Below, piece after piece: positions 42,070 to 55,757 of a stretch of DNA of 64,000 nucleotides (positions are counted from its first letter, which is position 1; every line of letters begins with the position of its first letter). The translations under genes were made by a program, and so were the position numbers. The stretch is taken from the NCBI GenBank assembly GCA_951406725.2, contig OX597815.1, forward strand, positions 193,378,001-193,442,000. The letters run 5' to 3'. The notes under the pieces are model-generated. The model was not told the DNA's origin and searched no databases. It saw only the letters and a program-made list of their open reading frames with translations. Origin of the DNA: Octopus vulgaris. Its lineage: Eukaryota.

Positions 42070-42278
42070 CAAAGATGACCAATTTGTTAATAATAAATAA
42101 ATATTAACTTCCTACTCTCCATTTTCTTTTCTTTATTTTACTGGACATAAACTATATGCTTAATATATATGTATTGCTTTAAGGGACTTTCATTCCCCAG
42201 CACTACAACCTATTGAACCAGTATTTCCTTCGATGTAACTGCCCCTTTACGAGGTTAACATATCCTCTGTTTAAATTT

Positions 42279-42330
<52 letters not shown>

Positions 42331-42359
42331 GTAGATAGATAGATAGATAGATAGATAGG

Positions 42360-42390
<31 letters not shown>

Positions 42391-42424
42391 GTAGATAGAT
42401 AGATAGATAGATAGATAGGTAGAC

Positions 42425-42474
<50 letters not shown>

Positions 42475-42475
42475 G

Positions 42476-42557
<82 letters not shown>

Positions 42558-42558
<1 letters not shown>

Positions 42559-43287
42559 GTTTCTTTATTGGCCACACAGGGCTGCACACAGATGGGACAA
42601 GTTACATGGTAGAGCTTTTCTTTTGGGGGATGAAAAAAACAAAAAACAAAAGAAACAAAAAAAGGAGGTGGCGTAGGTTTTCGATCAAGAGGGATCGTAA
42701 AAGGGAAGAAAAGAACAAAAAAAATAAAATAAAAAATAAAAAATAAAAATAAAAAAAGAAGAAAAGGAGAAGGAACAAAAGAAAAGAGAAATGAAAAAAG
42801 AAGAAAAAAGAGGGAAAAAAGGGGGAAGAGGAAAAAAACGATCAATAGGGATCGTGTATCACAGCGTCATGATGTACGGTGTAAAGGGGAAAGCAGATAA
42901 GGTTTATCCGTGGGAAGAAAAGCCTACGAAATAGACCACGGTAACCTTGGTCAATATTGTTATATGTAACCACATTTGTTTGCAAGTGGGTAACCCTCTG
43001 TTTTCAATTTCTGGGTTCATAGGATTATGCTCAAGGTGGCTTCGTCATTCATACGTGCCATCCTTGCTACATTCACCCATCTTTTTTTAAAACATTCGCT
43101 CGACAAAACTTGCCTCTCTACTCTCACTTTCCTTTTCAAGTGGTACTTGAAGAAGTTGATGAGAGATTGACCAGAGAGGAAAGTGTTTGTCTCTAATCCC
43201 TTCAGACGCGTCCACCAGATACATTCCTTCGCCATAGCCACAAGGATGATGAAAATAGCTCTTCCTTCCCGTTTGAAGGAAGGAGGC
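42558..43287 (-). mobile_element. 5'-truncated Tx1/L1-like LINE embedded in (GATA)n
   Basis: ORF2-like C-terminus (MAKECIWWTR...FKKRWVNVA); (GATA)n on both sides. Confidence 0.6.
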
Positions 43288-43315
43288 AGATAGATAGATA
43301 GATAGATAGATAGAT

Positions 43316-43523
43316 ATGTTTCTTTATTAGCCACACAGGGCTGCACACAGATAGAACAAATTACAAGGTAGAGCTTTTCTTTTGAAGGTTTAAAAAAAAA
43401 AAAAAAAAAAAAAAGGAAGGGGGAGTTTCGATCAAAAGGGATCGTAAAAGGAGAGAAAGAGGACAAAAAAAGGGGGTTAAGAAAAAGGGGGGAGAGAAAA
43501 AAAAAATTGATCAATAGGGATCG

Positions 43524-43525
<2 letters not shown>
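43316..43525 (-). mobile_element. Second short 3' fragment of the same Tx1-like family, in (GATA)n
   Basis: Same 3' terminus cagccctgtgtggctaataaagaaa; flanked by GATA repeats. Confidence 0.6.
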
Positions 43526-43563
<38 letters not shown>

Positions 43564-44291
43564 TGATTGATAGATAGATACGAAGAGTTTTCGTGAAAGT
43601 GTCTGATACTTACAGGTATGCATTCTGGATGCTCATTTTCGCATGCCAATAATATTACGGCTTTAACTGCTGTTGAACATGTGTGATGTGAATGTCCTTG
43701 TGAAGTGGCTAGACGTGGCTTCCGCTTGAGCTAGTTAGTATAGATTAGAACGGAAACAAAAAGCAAGCAGTTAAGTAAGACTTAAGAAGGACTTTTAATT
43801 TAGCTACGTAGCGATAAAAAGCTAACTATCAGTAACATTTAATCTAGATATACTACCTATTTGGTAAATCCACAGTAGCTGTGTTTCCTACCCTTCCTTC
43901 GTAGATCTTCATCCTCTCCTTTATTTGCTCACCAAAAGCATATCTAATATTTCTTTTATGTAGCAGCACCCTCGTATTTAATAGAATACCACTGGGACTC
44001 TCTTCTCATTATTCTGGGCTAAATTAGGAATTAATGATTCGCACGAAATCATTACATCATTCTCACTTTACTTACCTGTCCACCTACCATGGCATCCAGT
44101 TCATTTTGTACTGTAGCATTGTACTTCCATCAGTCCTTGGCCCCAGTAATTTTACTATACTTCGATTTCCTCTGAAAAGAATGTCAGACACCTATTTACA
44201 TATATATATATAAAATATATAAATTAGAGATAAAACCATTATTATGCAACTCAAACAGTGATAGACATAAACCAAAACATAAATAATCAAT

Positions 44292-44349
<58 letters not shown>

Positions 44350-44552
44350 GTTAATCCAAACAAGAAAGCACAAAAAACACAACAACGCGAGGACGTGGAA
44401 CAAATGTAGTATTATTGGACGCCCAGAAAAGAAGGAAAGAAGGAGGGTTTAACGTTTCGAGCGGAGCTCTTCGTCGGAAACATAGGAGAAGGAAAGATCC
44501 AGAGAAGGGAAGACAGAGGAAACAAAATCGCCAACGGTACACACGAGGTCAC
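44350..44552 (-). mobile_element. Penelope-like repeat with HHR-like motif (44447-44481)
   Basis: Near-identical to 3958-4162. Confidence 0.55.
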
Positions 44553-45399
44553 ATTTTGAAAGACCGGAAGGAAAAGGTTAATACATATACACATGTTTGT
44601 TCCTTCTCGAGCCACGCCTGGCTCATAAGGGCCGGTTTCCCGGTTTCCTTCGTGTATAGGTTCCCCACCTGGACGGGACGCCGGTCTGTCGCAGGTGAGC
44701 TGCAAGATGCAAGAGGAAATAGTGAGAGAAAGTTGTGGCGAAAGAGTCAGCAGAAGTTCGCCATTACCTTCTGCCGGAGCCGCCTGGAGCTTAGGTGTTC
44801 CGCTCATAACATACACACCACGCGATCTGAGATTCGAACCCGCGATCCCTCGACCACGAGTCCGCTGCTCTAACCCCTAGGCCACGTACCTCCACTTTTA
44901 CTCATTACTGAGTTTAAACTCAGTAATTAAACGTCCCTATTCTATCCATTTGACTATTCATTTATATCTATGTATACTCTTGATTAACTTCGGATTTGTG
45001 ATCTTAATTATTTAATTCTATCCCTTGATTCTCAGTGGAAGTACATCTTTATTGAAACCACAAAACATTAAAACTTTATTTTTATATTTATTATTAAATT
45101 TTAAATTTTATATATTTTGTTTGCCAGTACGAACATCTATTTCTAACACTATAACCAAGCTACTCCATTAATATCTAACCACTTACAACATCAGACTTCT
45201 ATTACCTTTTTAAGACGGCTTTATTACATCCACTACACCCTCCCTCCCATTGCTACCCATCCTGTAGGTTTAACTTTTTTTTCTTCATCCCTTACCTATT
45301 TGTCTTCGTACACGCATCCCCTAACCTCTCCTAATATCAGTATCACTCACTATACTGATTAGTATATCAATAATACCCAGCATCTATCTCCCTTTGCCA

Positions 45400-46730
45400 T
45401 TAACCATCGAGCTTCGGCCGCGCCACCAACTTGCAGTCGCCAAAGAACCACGAAGGTAAACGATTGTCTCCCTTCGGCCTTCGATATTTGCTTCCGGCTG
45501 TAGCGTCACCTTGTGGATTCCAAAAGGCCACCAGGACTCTTTTAAAATGTAAGCATGGCCCGAAAAATTCCGCCCTGAAGTTCAGGATGCTCCGTGACAT
45601 GAGCGAGTCTTTTAGGATTCTCACGCGTTCGGCAATGCATAACTTGCAGCGTTTCGTCCCGTTGATGTCGGGGCCTGGCTTCTAGCGTATTTTCCATGTT
45701 ATCGCGTATGGTATCCTTTCGTCTCTTAGTTGCCAGATATGGTTGGCCAGCGATGTCCCGTATCTCCTTTCCAGGACTCTGAAGGAGGATAAATGATTGG
45801 AAAGACACTGTTTGAAAGAATTCCCAGTGCATCACACGTATTTTTGTGGGCGCGTGATGTCGGTGCCTCTGCAAATGTTGTTCGTGCTGATACTGGTGCT
45901 GTTGCTGCTGCTGTTGTCACTGATGCCACGAGTGGTGTTGTTGCTGATGGAGTTAGGGCTACTGCTGTTGGTGTTGTTGTTGGCGTCGCTGGGGTGGTGG
46001 TGGTGGTGGTGGTGGTGCCAGTAATATTTTCGTCCCTGCGCCTGTTGCCTGTGCTGCAGTCGTTGTTTTTGCTGCTGTTGTCGTCGATGCTGCTGACGCT
46101 GCCGCCGGCATTGTTGTTGTTGATGGAGTTGGAGTTGCTGGTGTTGTTGTACCCGGGGTTGTTGGTGCTGGCGATGGTGGGAGAGGTGGTGGTGGTGGTG
46201 GTGGTTTTAGAGGAAGTGCTGGTGCTGTTAATAATGTTGCTGCTGTTCTTGTTGCCGTTATAGCCAGTGGTGGAATGGGCCCTTTTGCTTCTGCTCCTAC
46301 TACTATAGTCTGGTTTTGAGGACATCGGGGAAGTTATTCGTAAGGCTGGTGGTAGTAGCGAAGCTGCTACTATTGTTGTTAGCGATGTTGCCATCATTAG
46401 ATGGCGGTTGTGGTGATGGTGGCTGTGTTACTAGCTGTCTTCTCATGCCTACGGTGGCTACTGCTTCTACCAGTGTTAATGCCATGTACTGCCAGAACCT
46501 CGACTTGATGGACGACCCCTTTTCTTTCGCAGTGGCCTCCTCCTGGGCAACTGCTTCGGGTTCTGCATGAACAACCCGCCTCTTCCTGTCTTATGGACGC
46601 TAACTGGGTGACTCTTAATGTTGAGGGTACAGCTAAACAAGACCTTAACGTTGTAACTGTTGAAGATGGGCCCATACCTATCAGAGCGACTGAAATGCTT
46701 AGCTCGATGGCCAATGGCCAGAGGAGATAA
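45400..46730 (-). mobile_element. Degenerate Penelope-like element (Naiad-like): RT thumb end, Cys linker and split GIY-YIG endonuclease
   Basis: IFNSYNVKVLFSCTLNIKS; CSCRTRSSCPGGGHCERKGVVHQVEV; KYV*CTGNSFKQCLSNHLSSFR...TSLANHIWQLRD...KRCKLCIAER...LNFRAEFFGPCLH, with stops and frameshifts. Confidence 0.75.
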
Positions 46731-46882
46731 TCACCTAGTATTTACATTTATAGCGAAATATTTTCCCTCTATATTTTGAAGTGTTAGACCAGCAGTGTTT
46801 GGGGTCTAAAGATACGCCATAAGGTTAACCACCTTATGAGCAATAAACCCAGGGTAACACAATAAGCCAGCCTCCCCCATTA

Positions 46883-46971
<89 letters not shown>

Positions 46972-47073
46972 TAGGGATAATAGGGATAAGAATGTGCATT
47001 GTCCGTTTAATTGGAAAATTCTATATGTGGCTGAAGATTGCTCGACATTGTAAAACTGATGTAATACTTACAG

Positions 47074-47108
<35 letters not shown>

Positions 47109-47389
47109 GAAGGTGTATCCCGTTAAGAACATAGAGTACAAAATAGAGCTCGTTCACCCTTAAAATTGCCAGAAGCATGTGTAGTGGCCATTAAACAGCA
47201 GTCGAATCGTACTCCCTCTTACTTTTGACCCTATTACTTCTTTCCTTTATAAGTGTGTGTATGTGTGTGTGTGAGTGTGTGTGTCTGTGTGTATACAGAG
47301 TAAGGAAGAGGGAAGAAGTGTGAGTATGTTTCTATGTGTGTGGTGAACGTCTATAAGGTATACTCGAAGCGGAAGTAACTGCATTTATA

Positions 47390-47860
<471 letters not shown>

Positions 47861-48482
47861 TGTATTTCTTTAGATTTGTCGCAAGGACATTATACAGATG
47901 TAGCTTGTGGGCTGGACAACGGTTGGCTCGCAAATTCTTCACCCTCTGCGGGGGTATCAAACAGTAACCACACCGTTGCGTATTTGATACCTCTTGCAAT
48001 AAATTTAATAGTTGGCAGGTATCCTGCCAACTCCATTTTCATATCTGTCTGCGAGAACACAGCGATGGTGTCGAGGGACCTAGAATACGTTCTCAACACC
48101 ACCGTTCTCGCATTAAAATTTTTCAGCCACTGCTTGGGGGCCACAATTTGCCACTCCAACACAGTGTTTTGCTTTTTAGTTGCCATTTTTTTTTTTTGCA
48201 AAATAAGGAAAAAATGTTCAAAACAAAAGTGGCTGTCTGGTAAGTCTATACTTACCACACAGCCACTCCTACGCCTATTTTAAAACATTTTTAACACTCC
48301 TACACCTATTTTTTAACATTTTTTACGTGTTTTATATCATAGTAATAAATATGTCTTGAAAACTCGTATTCAATTCGACATTTTGCAGAAGCAACAAAAG
48401 ATTTGACAAATGCTCAGTTATAAACATTGTACTTACACCCTAACTTTTAACGATGATCATGGGACAAAGTATATTTCCACAG

Positions 48483-48500
48483 TTACCCGTCATACGAAAG
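48483..48500 (+). pseudogene. Inactivated micro-exon of paralogue 3 (donor GT changed to CT)
   Basis: ttccacag|ttacccgtcatacgaaag|ctgaat compared with ttccacag|atgcccgtcgtacgaaag|gtgaat in copy 1. Confidence 0.55.
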
Positions 48501-48790
48501 CTGAATCTCTAGTACGTATTTACACACTCACATACACATTATTTACGAACTGTTTGGTTCGGTTTCATGCAAATTAAAGTTTCTTCGTAGCTTCTGGAGT
48601 GAACCTTTGAATGAGACAAGTCCCGGATGTCTTCTATATGTATAACCCTAACCCTAACCCTATATGTGGAGGATATTTGTCGAAGGTGATCAAACCCTAA
48701 AGCTCCTAGCCACATATTCATGCCTATATATGTATCTCTGTTTGATTTGTGTGTCTGTGTATATACATATATTTTAATAAACAACATATG

Positions 48791-48839
<49 letters not shown>

Positions 48840-49134
48840 TAGCTTTAATTCACATATAAGATAACGGCTCAACTACATGTACTTGTTGCGCTAGTAACAT
48901 TTTCCCGTACAGGCGTACGTTCATCAGGCGCCAATCGTACTATATCCCTAAAACTTTACATAAAACAGAGGAACAGTTTTAGCCGAAAACGCGCAAGGCG
49001 TATTAAGATCTGAGATTTCACGCTCAATTTTGAATTCGCGATCCGAAATATTTGGTGGATGTAGACATATGTACAGGTACATACTATAAAAATTGGAAGA
49101 TCCTACCGCCACCAAATTGACCGACTTTCATTTC

Positions 49135-49550
49135 AGGAGTGGCTGTGTAGTAAGTAGCTTGCTTACCAACCACATGGTTCCGGGTTCAGTCCCACTGAGT
49201 GGCATCTGGGGCAAGTGTCTTCTACTATGGCCGCGGGCTGACCAAAGCCACGTTAGTGGATTTGGTAGACGGAAACTGAAAGAAACTCGTCGTATATAAA
49301 TATGTATGCGTGTGTGTGTGTGTATGTTTCTGTTCGTGTGTCTGTGTTTGCCCCCCCACCCCACCCCGACATCGCTTGAAGAGTGATGCTGCTGTATTTA
49401 TGTGCCCGTCACTTAGCGGTTCGGCAGGAGAGACCGATGGAATAAGTACTAGGCTTACAAAGAATAAGTCCTGGGTGCGATTTGCTCGACTAAAGGCGGG
49501 TCTCCAGCATGGCCGCAGTCAAATGACTGAAACAAATAAAAGAATAAAAG
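49135..49550 (+). mobile_element. SINE family A
   Basis: Family match. Confidence 0.8.
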
Positions 49551-50158
49551 AATGTTTTTCCTATATTTTCTTAACTCTTCGTAATTATTCGTTCATTTTA
49601 TAATACGATTTTATGGAGTCATATCTTATTATTTAGTTATACCAACTTTTTTCCATCTTAACATTTTCTCGAGTAAAGTATCTTCGCCTTCAAACGATAT
49701 TTAAGAGGATTTAGATGTTTTACTTATACGGTTTATGTATATATCGATTTCTATAACTTGTGGCTTTTACGACCATTTGAGAACATTTTTGGTCTTTGTT
49801 AAAAATTTTGCCTTTTTTCCTTATATTTATTTTCACAAATTCATTTAAAATTTGATATCCTTCATACGTTGACATTCCATGACACGACCACAGGTCTTCA
49901 CAATTTTAATAATTTGTACATTTTTAGTGATGATTCGTTTTTATTTTATCCTATTATTTATTATTTTTTAAATTTTATTTTATTCATTTTCTTTTATTTC
50001 ACTTATCAAGGTGGTATCTTTCATTAAACATGCTTTGTCTTTGTACCAGTTCTAAAACTGTTCCTCTATTTAAAGTAAGGTTTTGGAGGTATAGTGCGAT
50101 TGGTGCCTGATGAACGTACGTATGTACAGGAAACTAAGTACATGTGGCTGAAACGTTT

Positions 50159-50236
<78 letters not shown>

Positions 50237-50365
50237 ATGTATATATATATGCACATATATATATACATATATATACATATATATATGTATATATATATAT
50301 ATGTATATATATATACATATATATACATATATATATGTATATATATATATATGTATATATATATA

Positions 50366-51383
50366 CGACATTAATGACATCATCAAGCACAGCAACATAA
50401 AAATCTTTGCAGATGACTCCAAGCTACAGAAGGTCATAAATGAGGCGAGTGACCGGACATGCCTTCAGTCAGATCTACTGGCTGTTATCCAATGGGCAGA
50501 AAAAAACAATATGCTGCTGAACGAGGATAAATTTGAGCTAATCCACTTTGGAAAAGAGGATGCCCTGAAACTCCCATACTCCCTTCCTTCAGGTGAAACT
50601 CTCGCGGCGTCCAACAACATCAGAGACTTGGGAGTAATTGTGGACAACAACGTAAGCTGGGCCACTCATATAAACACCAAAGTTGACATGGCCCGCAGAA
50701 TGTGTTCCTGGATTCTCAGAACTTTCCAGTCGAGAGATATCCACACCATTATCCTTCTCTTCTCCACTTTTGCCCGACCCCACCTTGAATACTGTTGTCC
50801 ACTGTGGTCTCCCCACACAATACAAGGTATCAAAAAAGTCGAAGCACCTCAAAGGGCAATCACAAAAAAGATAGATGGCATGACAGGCCTCGACTATTGG
50901 GGTCGACTAGAAAAGCTAAAACTCTATTCTCTCCAACGTCGTCGTGAGCGCTACATCATCTGCATGATGTGGAAAATATTCCATCAGCATTGCCCAAATG
51001 ATGTTGGCATCACCTTTAAGGTACATCCAAGGCTTGGGCCCCGTGCCATCCGCCCAAAACAAAAATCGCACTCTCATCTCATAACAACAATACGGCACAA
51101 TTATTTCACCTCAATTGGCCCCGCTCTCTTTAACATTACACCAAAACACATTAAAACAGAAACTGACCCTATAGGGTTCAAGAAGTCTTTGGACAGATTC
51201 CTTCAAGAAATCCCGGATAAACCCCCTACACCCGGATATGTCTCTGTAAACAATAACTCCCTACTTGAGTGGGCCATAGTGCCCAAATTCTGACTTGAAA
51301 GACTTCACCAGGTGGTGCTATTAAGTTAGACATGGCCTGGGCCAATAATGGCCGAAAACTATCAAAGTATCAAATTATCAAAG

Positions 51384-51385
<2 letters not shown>
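50366..51385 (+). mobile_element. 5'-truncated CR1-clade LINE (RT C-terminal part, uninterrupted ORF to 51293) inserted in (TA)n
   Basis: [63 protein letters not shown]; (TATCAAAG)-type tail. Confidence 0.9.
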
Positions 51386-51433
<48 letters not shown>

Positions 51434-51465
51434 AGAAGAAAGCAACAAGAATGGATCGGCGGTAG

Positions 51466-51552
51466 TTTAGTACAATTGTTTCATACTATAAACATTTTAT
51501 TTAAAGCTGCAAATATTACAGCAAATATAATGTCAAGTATTCTTCAGCTAAA
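51466..51552 (-). ncRNA. Minimal type I hammerhead ribozyme, fully canonical core
   Basis: Minus strand: tttag-CTGAAGA-atact...agtat-GAAACAATTGTA-ctaaa. Perfect stem I; palindromic stem III ACAATTGT. Confidence 0.8.
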
Positions 51553-51749
51553 TTTCATAGAGGTTTTCCAAACATCTTAGAAAGTGTAAATATCCTTATG
51601 AAGTTATAGGAGTGAGTTCCATGAATTTGAAGTAATATTCCAAGCAGACTGTATATGTTTTCCAATAATACAAAGTTTTTAAATTAATTATTGACATCCC
51701 AGAGAAGATAAATCTACTCATAAAGATGTGGGTATAAGTTCCAAGAAAC

Positions 51750-51780
<31 letters not shown>

Positions 51781-51782
51781 TA

Positions 51783-51908
<126 letters not shown>

Positions 51909-52009
51909 TATATATACATAATATACATAAATATATTCATATATATATATATATATATATAAATATATATACGTATATACATAAATATATTCATATATAT
52001 ATATATATG

Positions 52010-52080
<71 letters not shown>

Positions 52081-52086
<6 letters not shown>

Positions 52087-52463
52087 AATATAAGAGAGTG
52101 GTCACTATATTGATCACTCTAGCACCAGTTAATCCAAAAGGTTTCAACCACGAAAATACATGTTTCCCATGAAAGCCAGTACGACTGTTAGCTCACACGG
52201 ACAGGGCAAATAAAAAATAACAAAAATACAGATTATTTTGGGACAATTGTTTCGCTATTAATGAATTAAATGTAATATGAATTAAATAGCGAAACAATTG
52301 TCCCAAAATAATCTGTATTTTTGTTATTTTTTATTTGCCCTGTCCGTGTGAGCTAACAGTCGTACTGGCTTTCATGGGAAACATGTATTTTCGTGGTTGA
52401 AACCTTTTGGATTAACTGGTGCTAGAGTGATCAATATAGTGACCACTCTCTTATATTTATTTT
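52081..52463. repeat. Long inverted repeat, 179-bp arms, 25-nt loop
   Basis: 52081-52259 is the reverse complement of 52285-52463 with no mismatch noticed; abuts a long (TA)n. Confidence 0.92.
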
Positions 52464-52636
52464 GTGAAAATATTATAATATGTTATAAAATATTATAATA
52501 ATCCAGGTTTCTCGTAGCACTAGGCCACTTGGTGTGGAATAAATATACTATTAAATTAGTATCTAATTCTCTCACCCTTATTAATTAATTATATATATAT
52601 ATATATACTTATATACATAAATATATACGTATATAC

Positions 52637-52712
<76 letters not shown>

Positions 52713-53349
52713 TGTATGTATGTATGTATGTATGCACTTATGTATGTATATATATATATATAGTTGTGTTCAGACGTTTATATACTCTCGTGATAAAGTG
52801 AAATAATTATATTTGGAACACTGGATCTCTGAAGGTCATCAAATAAAGTTATATATAATAGCCTGTAAGTATTTGGTTGAGAATTCATTTTAGATTGAAA
52901 AAGTCCATATCTTCAACTTTAGTCAAGACTGATATTCTGTCACTAGACCAAAGTTATATAATAGCTAAATGTGACGGAAGGGTGTCCGTTGAAGTGATAA
53001 GGAAACACGGCTTTTGCGAGTAATGGCTTGATAGACACATATTAGGCAAATGGCTCAGAGACGTGCTTGCAGAACATAGATACGCAGGTCTTTTTCGAGC
53101 ACTGCGCATCTCCAATCATTTTTGGCGTTTGTTTTATCATCTCCTCCATAGACTTAGCAGCGTGAGATAGGTCTTCACTCTCTTTGCCTCATATCTGTCT
53201 TGCTTTTTCAAATTGTCTGCATTCAGATCCTATATCTTCCGCATTCATGAGTCACTATTAAGTTGCATTGCATTTCATACACAAGAATCATACAGGTATA
53301 GTCCATAAAATTTAAAGATAACTGTAGAGCAAATAGTTGTATTATTTAG

Positions 53350-53512
53350 AGGCGTAGGAGTGGCTGTATGGAAAGTAGCTTGCTTACCAACCACATGGTT
53401 CCGGGTTCAGTCCTACTGCGGGGCACCTTGGGTAAGTGTCTTCTACTATAGCCTCGGGCCAACCAAAGCCTTGTGAGTGGATTTGGTGGACGGAAACTGA
53501 AAGAAGCCCATC

Positions 53513-53549
<37 letters not shown>

Positions 53550-53745
53550 CCTGTGTTTGTCCCCACCCCACCCCCACATCACTTGACAACCGATGCTGGT
53601 GTGTTTACGTTCCCGTAACTTAGCGGTTCAGTAAGAGAGACTGATAGAATAAGTACTAGGCTTACAAAAAATAAGTCCTGGAGTCGATTTGCTCGACTAA
53701 AGGTGGTGCTCCAGTATGGTCACAAGTAAAAGAATAAAAGAAAAA
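53350..53745 (+). mobile_element. SINE family A
   Basis: Family match. Confidence 0.8.
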
Positions 53746-54604
53746 GAAAGAATTTTTTGTTTAAGCAAAGACACTCTGCTTTTGCTAATTCAGTAGCTCA
53801 TGTGAAACAATAAATTTTGAATCAGTAAAAACGATTGAACTATTTCAGAACATTCCTTTGATATTCCAAAAGTTGGAGTAGATTTTTTTTTTTTCCATAA
53901 CAGTCAAAAAGATTTCTCCACGAAATAAGATGTCAACGAAATAATTAAGCCTGGAAAAGTACAGGACAAGAAGAGAACACGTAAAATGTTGCTGCTGGAG
54001 GTAGAATTACCGAAATATATTTCTGAAATTGTTGAACATGTATTTTTTAAAATGATATCAAATGAACAAATTGAGCGCAAAGTGTTCAACTAGCTTACTT
54101 TTTTTTATATAAAATTAGGGGTTATCATACATTGTAGATTTTGTGTGTTTTTCTAAATAAAAAGCACAAAATTTTAATAGTAGATTTTTGATGTCTAAAC
54201 TAACAGGCTATTAGTCTTTTAACTGAGAAAATAGCTTACTGTACCTTTTAATTTAAACTTATGTAAAAATATTGAAAGGACATTTATTAATATTTAAATT
54301 TTTCTATTGTTACATCAACAGCAACACTTTAAGTTCTTTTTCTTTTCGTTTTTTTTTTTTGTGGGGGGCTGCTTATTATCCTGAATTTCCCTGGCCTAAT
54401 TACTGTTTGTCTTGTTTATTTCTAGACCATTCTTGTACATATTTTAGAGCATTCTAGCAATCTGTGCCTACATTTTTCTTTTATTACTGCGTGTCCTGTG
54501 CGCAGATATGAAACTTGAAGGTGTTTGCAAAGAAAATATCTAGGTATCTGCGTGACATTTAGTGAATGACTGCAGTAGTTCTTAGCCCTTTATGACGACT
54601 ATTT

Positions 54605-55005
54605 GTGGCAGAAACGCTAGCACGCCGGGCAAAATGCGTAGCCGTATTTCGTCTGCCGTTACGTTGTGAGTTCAAATTCCGCCGAGGTCGACTTTGCCTT
54701 TCATCCTTTCGGGGTCGATAAATTAAGTATCAGTTACGCACTGGGGTCGATGTAATCGACTTAATACCTATGTGTGTCCTTGTTTGTCCCTTCTATGTTT
54801 AGCCCCTTGTGGGTAATAAAGAAATACGTATTTCGTCTGCCGTTACGTTCTGAGTTCAAATTCCGCCGAGGTTGACTTATCCTTTCGGGGTCGATAAATT
54901 AAATACCAGTTACGCACTGGGGTCGGTATAGTCGACTTAATCCGTCTGTCTGTCCTTTTTTGTCACCTCTGTGTTTAACCCCTTGTGGGTAGTAAAGAAA
55001 TATAT
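54605..55005 (+). mobile_element. SINE family B dimer (one head, two bodies)
   Basis: Body tatttcgtctgccgttacg...cccttgtgggta.taaagaaata occurs twice. Confidence 0.8.
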
Positions 55006-55390
55006 ATTAATGATTTGCTGTTAAGTTTTATCTACCTATAGTAAGTGGTTTTTGACTAAATACATAATAGGATTGGAGTAATTGATATAAATTCGTGGCC
55101 ATTGAGATAGTTGACAAGCATCCAGCACCATATTCAGCTACTTCATTTGTTAAATAGTTGGATTTTAGCAAAATTTCTAATGAGACATATAAAAGTGAGC
55201 GATCTGCTTCTGACATTTTAGATGTTTTTAAGTTTAAAAACTGGTCTGTCTTCATTCAACAGTGAATCAGAAGTAATTACAAGGATTATAGTTGGATTAA
55301 CTCTAGTTTTGCATATTTTTGAAAGGAAGGAGGTCATTAAGCGTATCACACTCTCAATGTATTCCTCGTAGCCTGACAAAAGGAATTCTA

Positions 55391-55517
55391 CAGGGTGTCC
55401 ACAAAGTCTGGGTATATAGGAATTAACACATACTTTAAGAAATTATTATTTTTTATATTTAATTCTTTATGTTATGATTTTATTTACTCCATGTTCCCAG
55501 ACTTTTTGGACACCCTG
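55391..55517. mobile_element. Tc1/mariner-type MITE
   Basis: TIRs cagggtgtccacaaagtctggg and cccagactttttggacaccctg with TA on both sides; absent at the homologous site near 26240. Confidence 0.85.
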
Positions 55518-55757
55518 TATTTTCTTCCTATGTGCTTCAGTTATTAAGGAATTCCAGAATAGAAAACTTATAAAATTATTTAGATATTCTGTTTTTCGTT
55601 AATGCAACAGAAATGATATTAATTAATTCTTTTTTTTAATGATGAGCAACTTTTCACAAGAAATTTAAAGTCACCAATTAGCAGTTGTTGATTAATTAAA
55701 TTTATGAGGAATGTGCACTTTGAAATATCTCTTATGGAATCTAATTTGTTTTTACAG

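Noticed and set aside
45440-45835. Selenocysteine TGA plus SECIS in the Penelope-like element
   Set aside because: The in-frame TGA falls at the Gly of YIG rather than a Cys, a TAG and frameshifts are also present, and the downstream hairpin lacks a proper SECIS quartet.
50094-51293. 399-aa ORF as a host gene
   Set aside because: Chance fusion of a (TA)n tract with a truncated CR1 ORF2.
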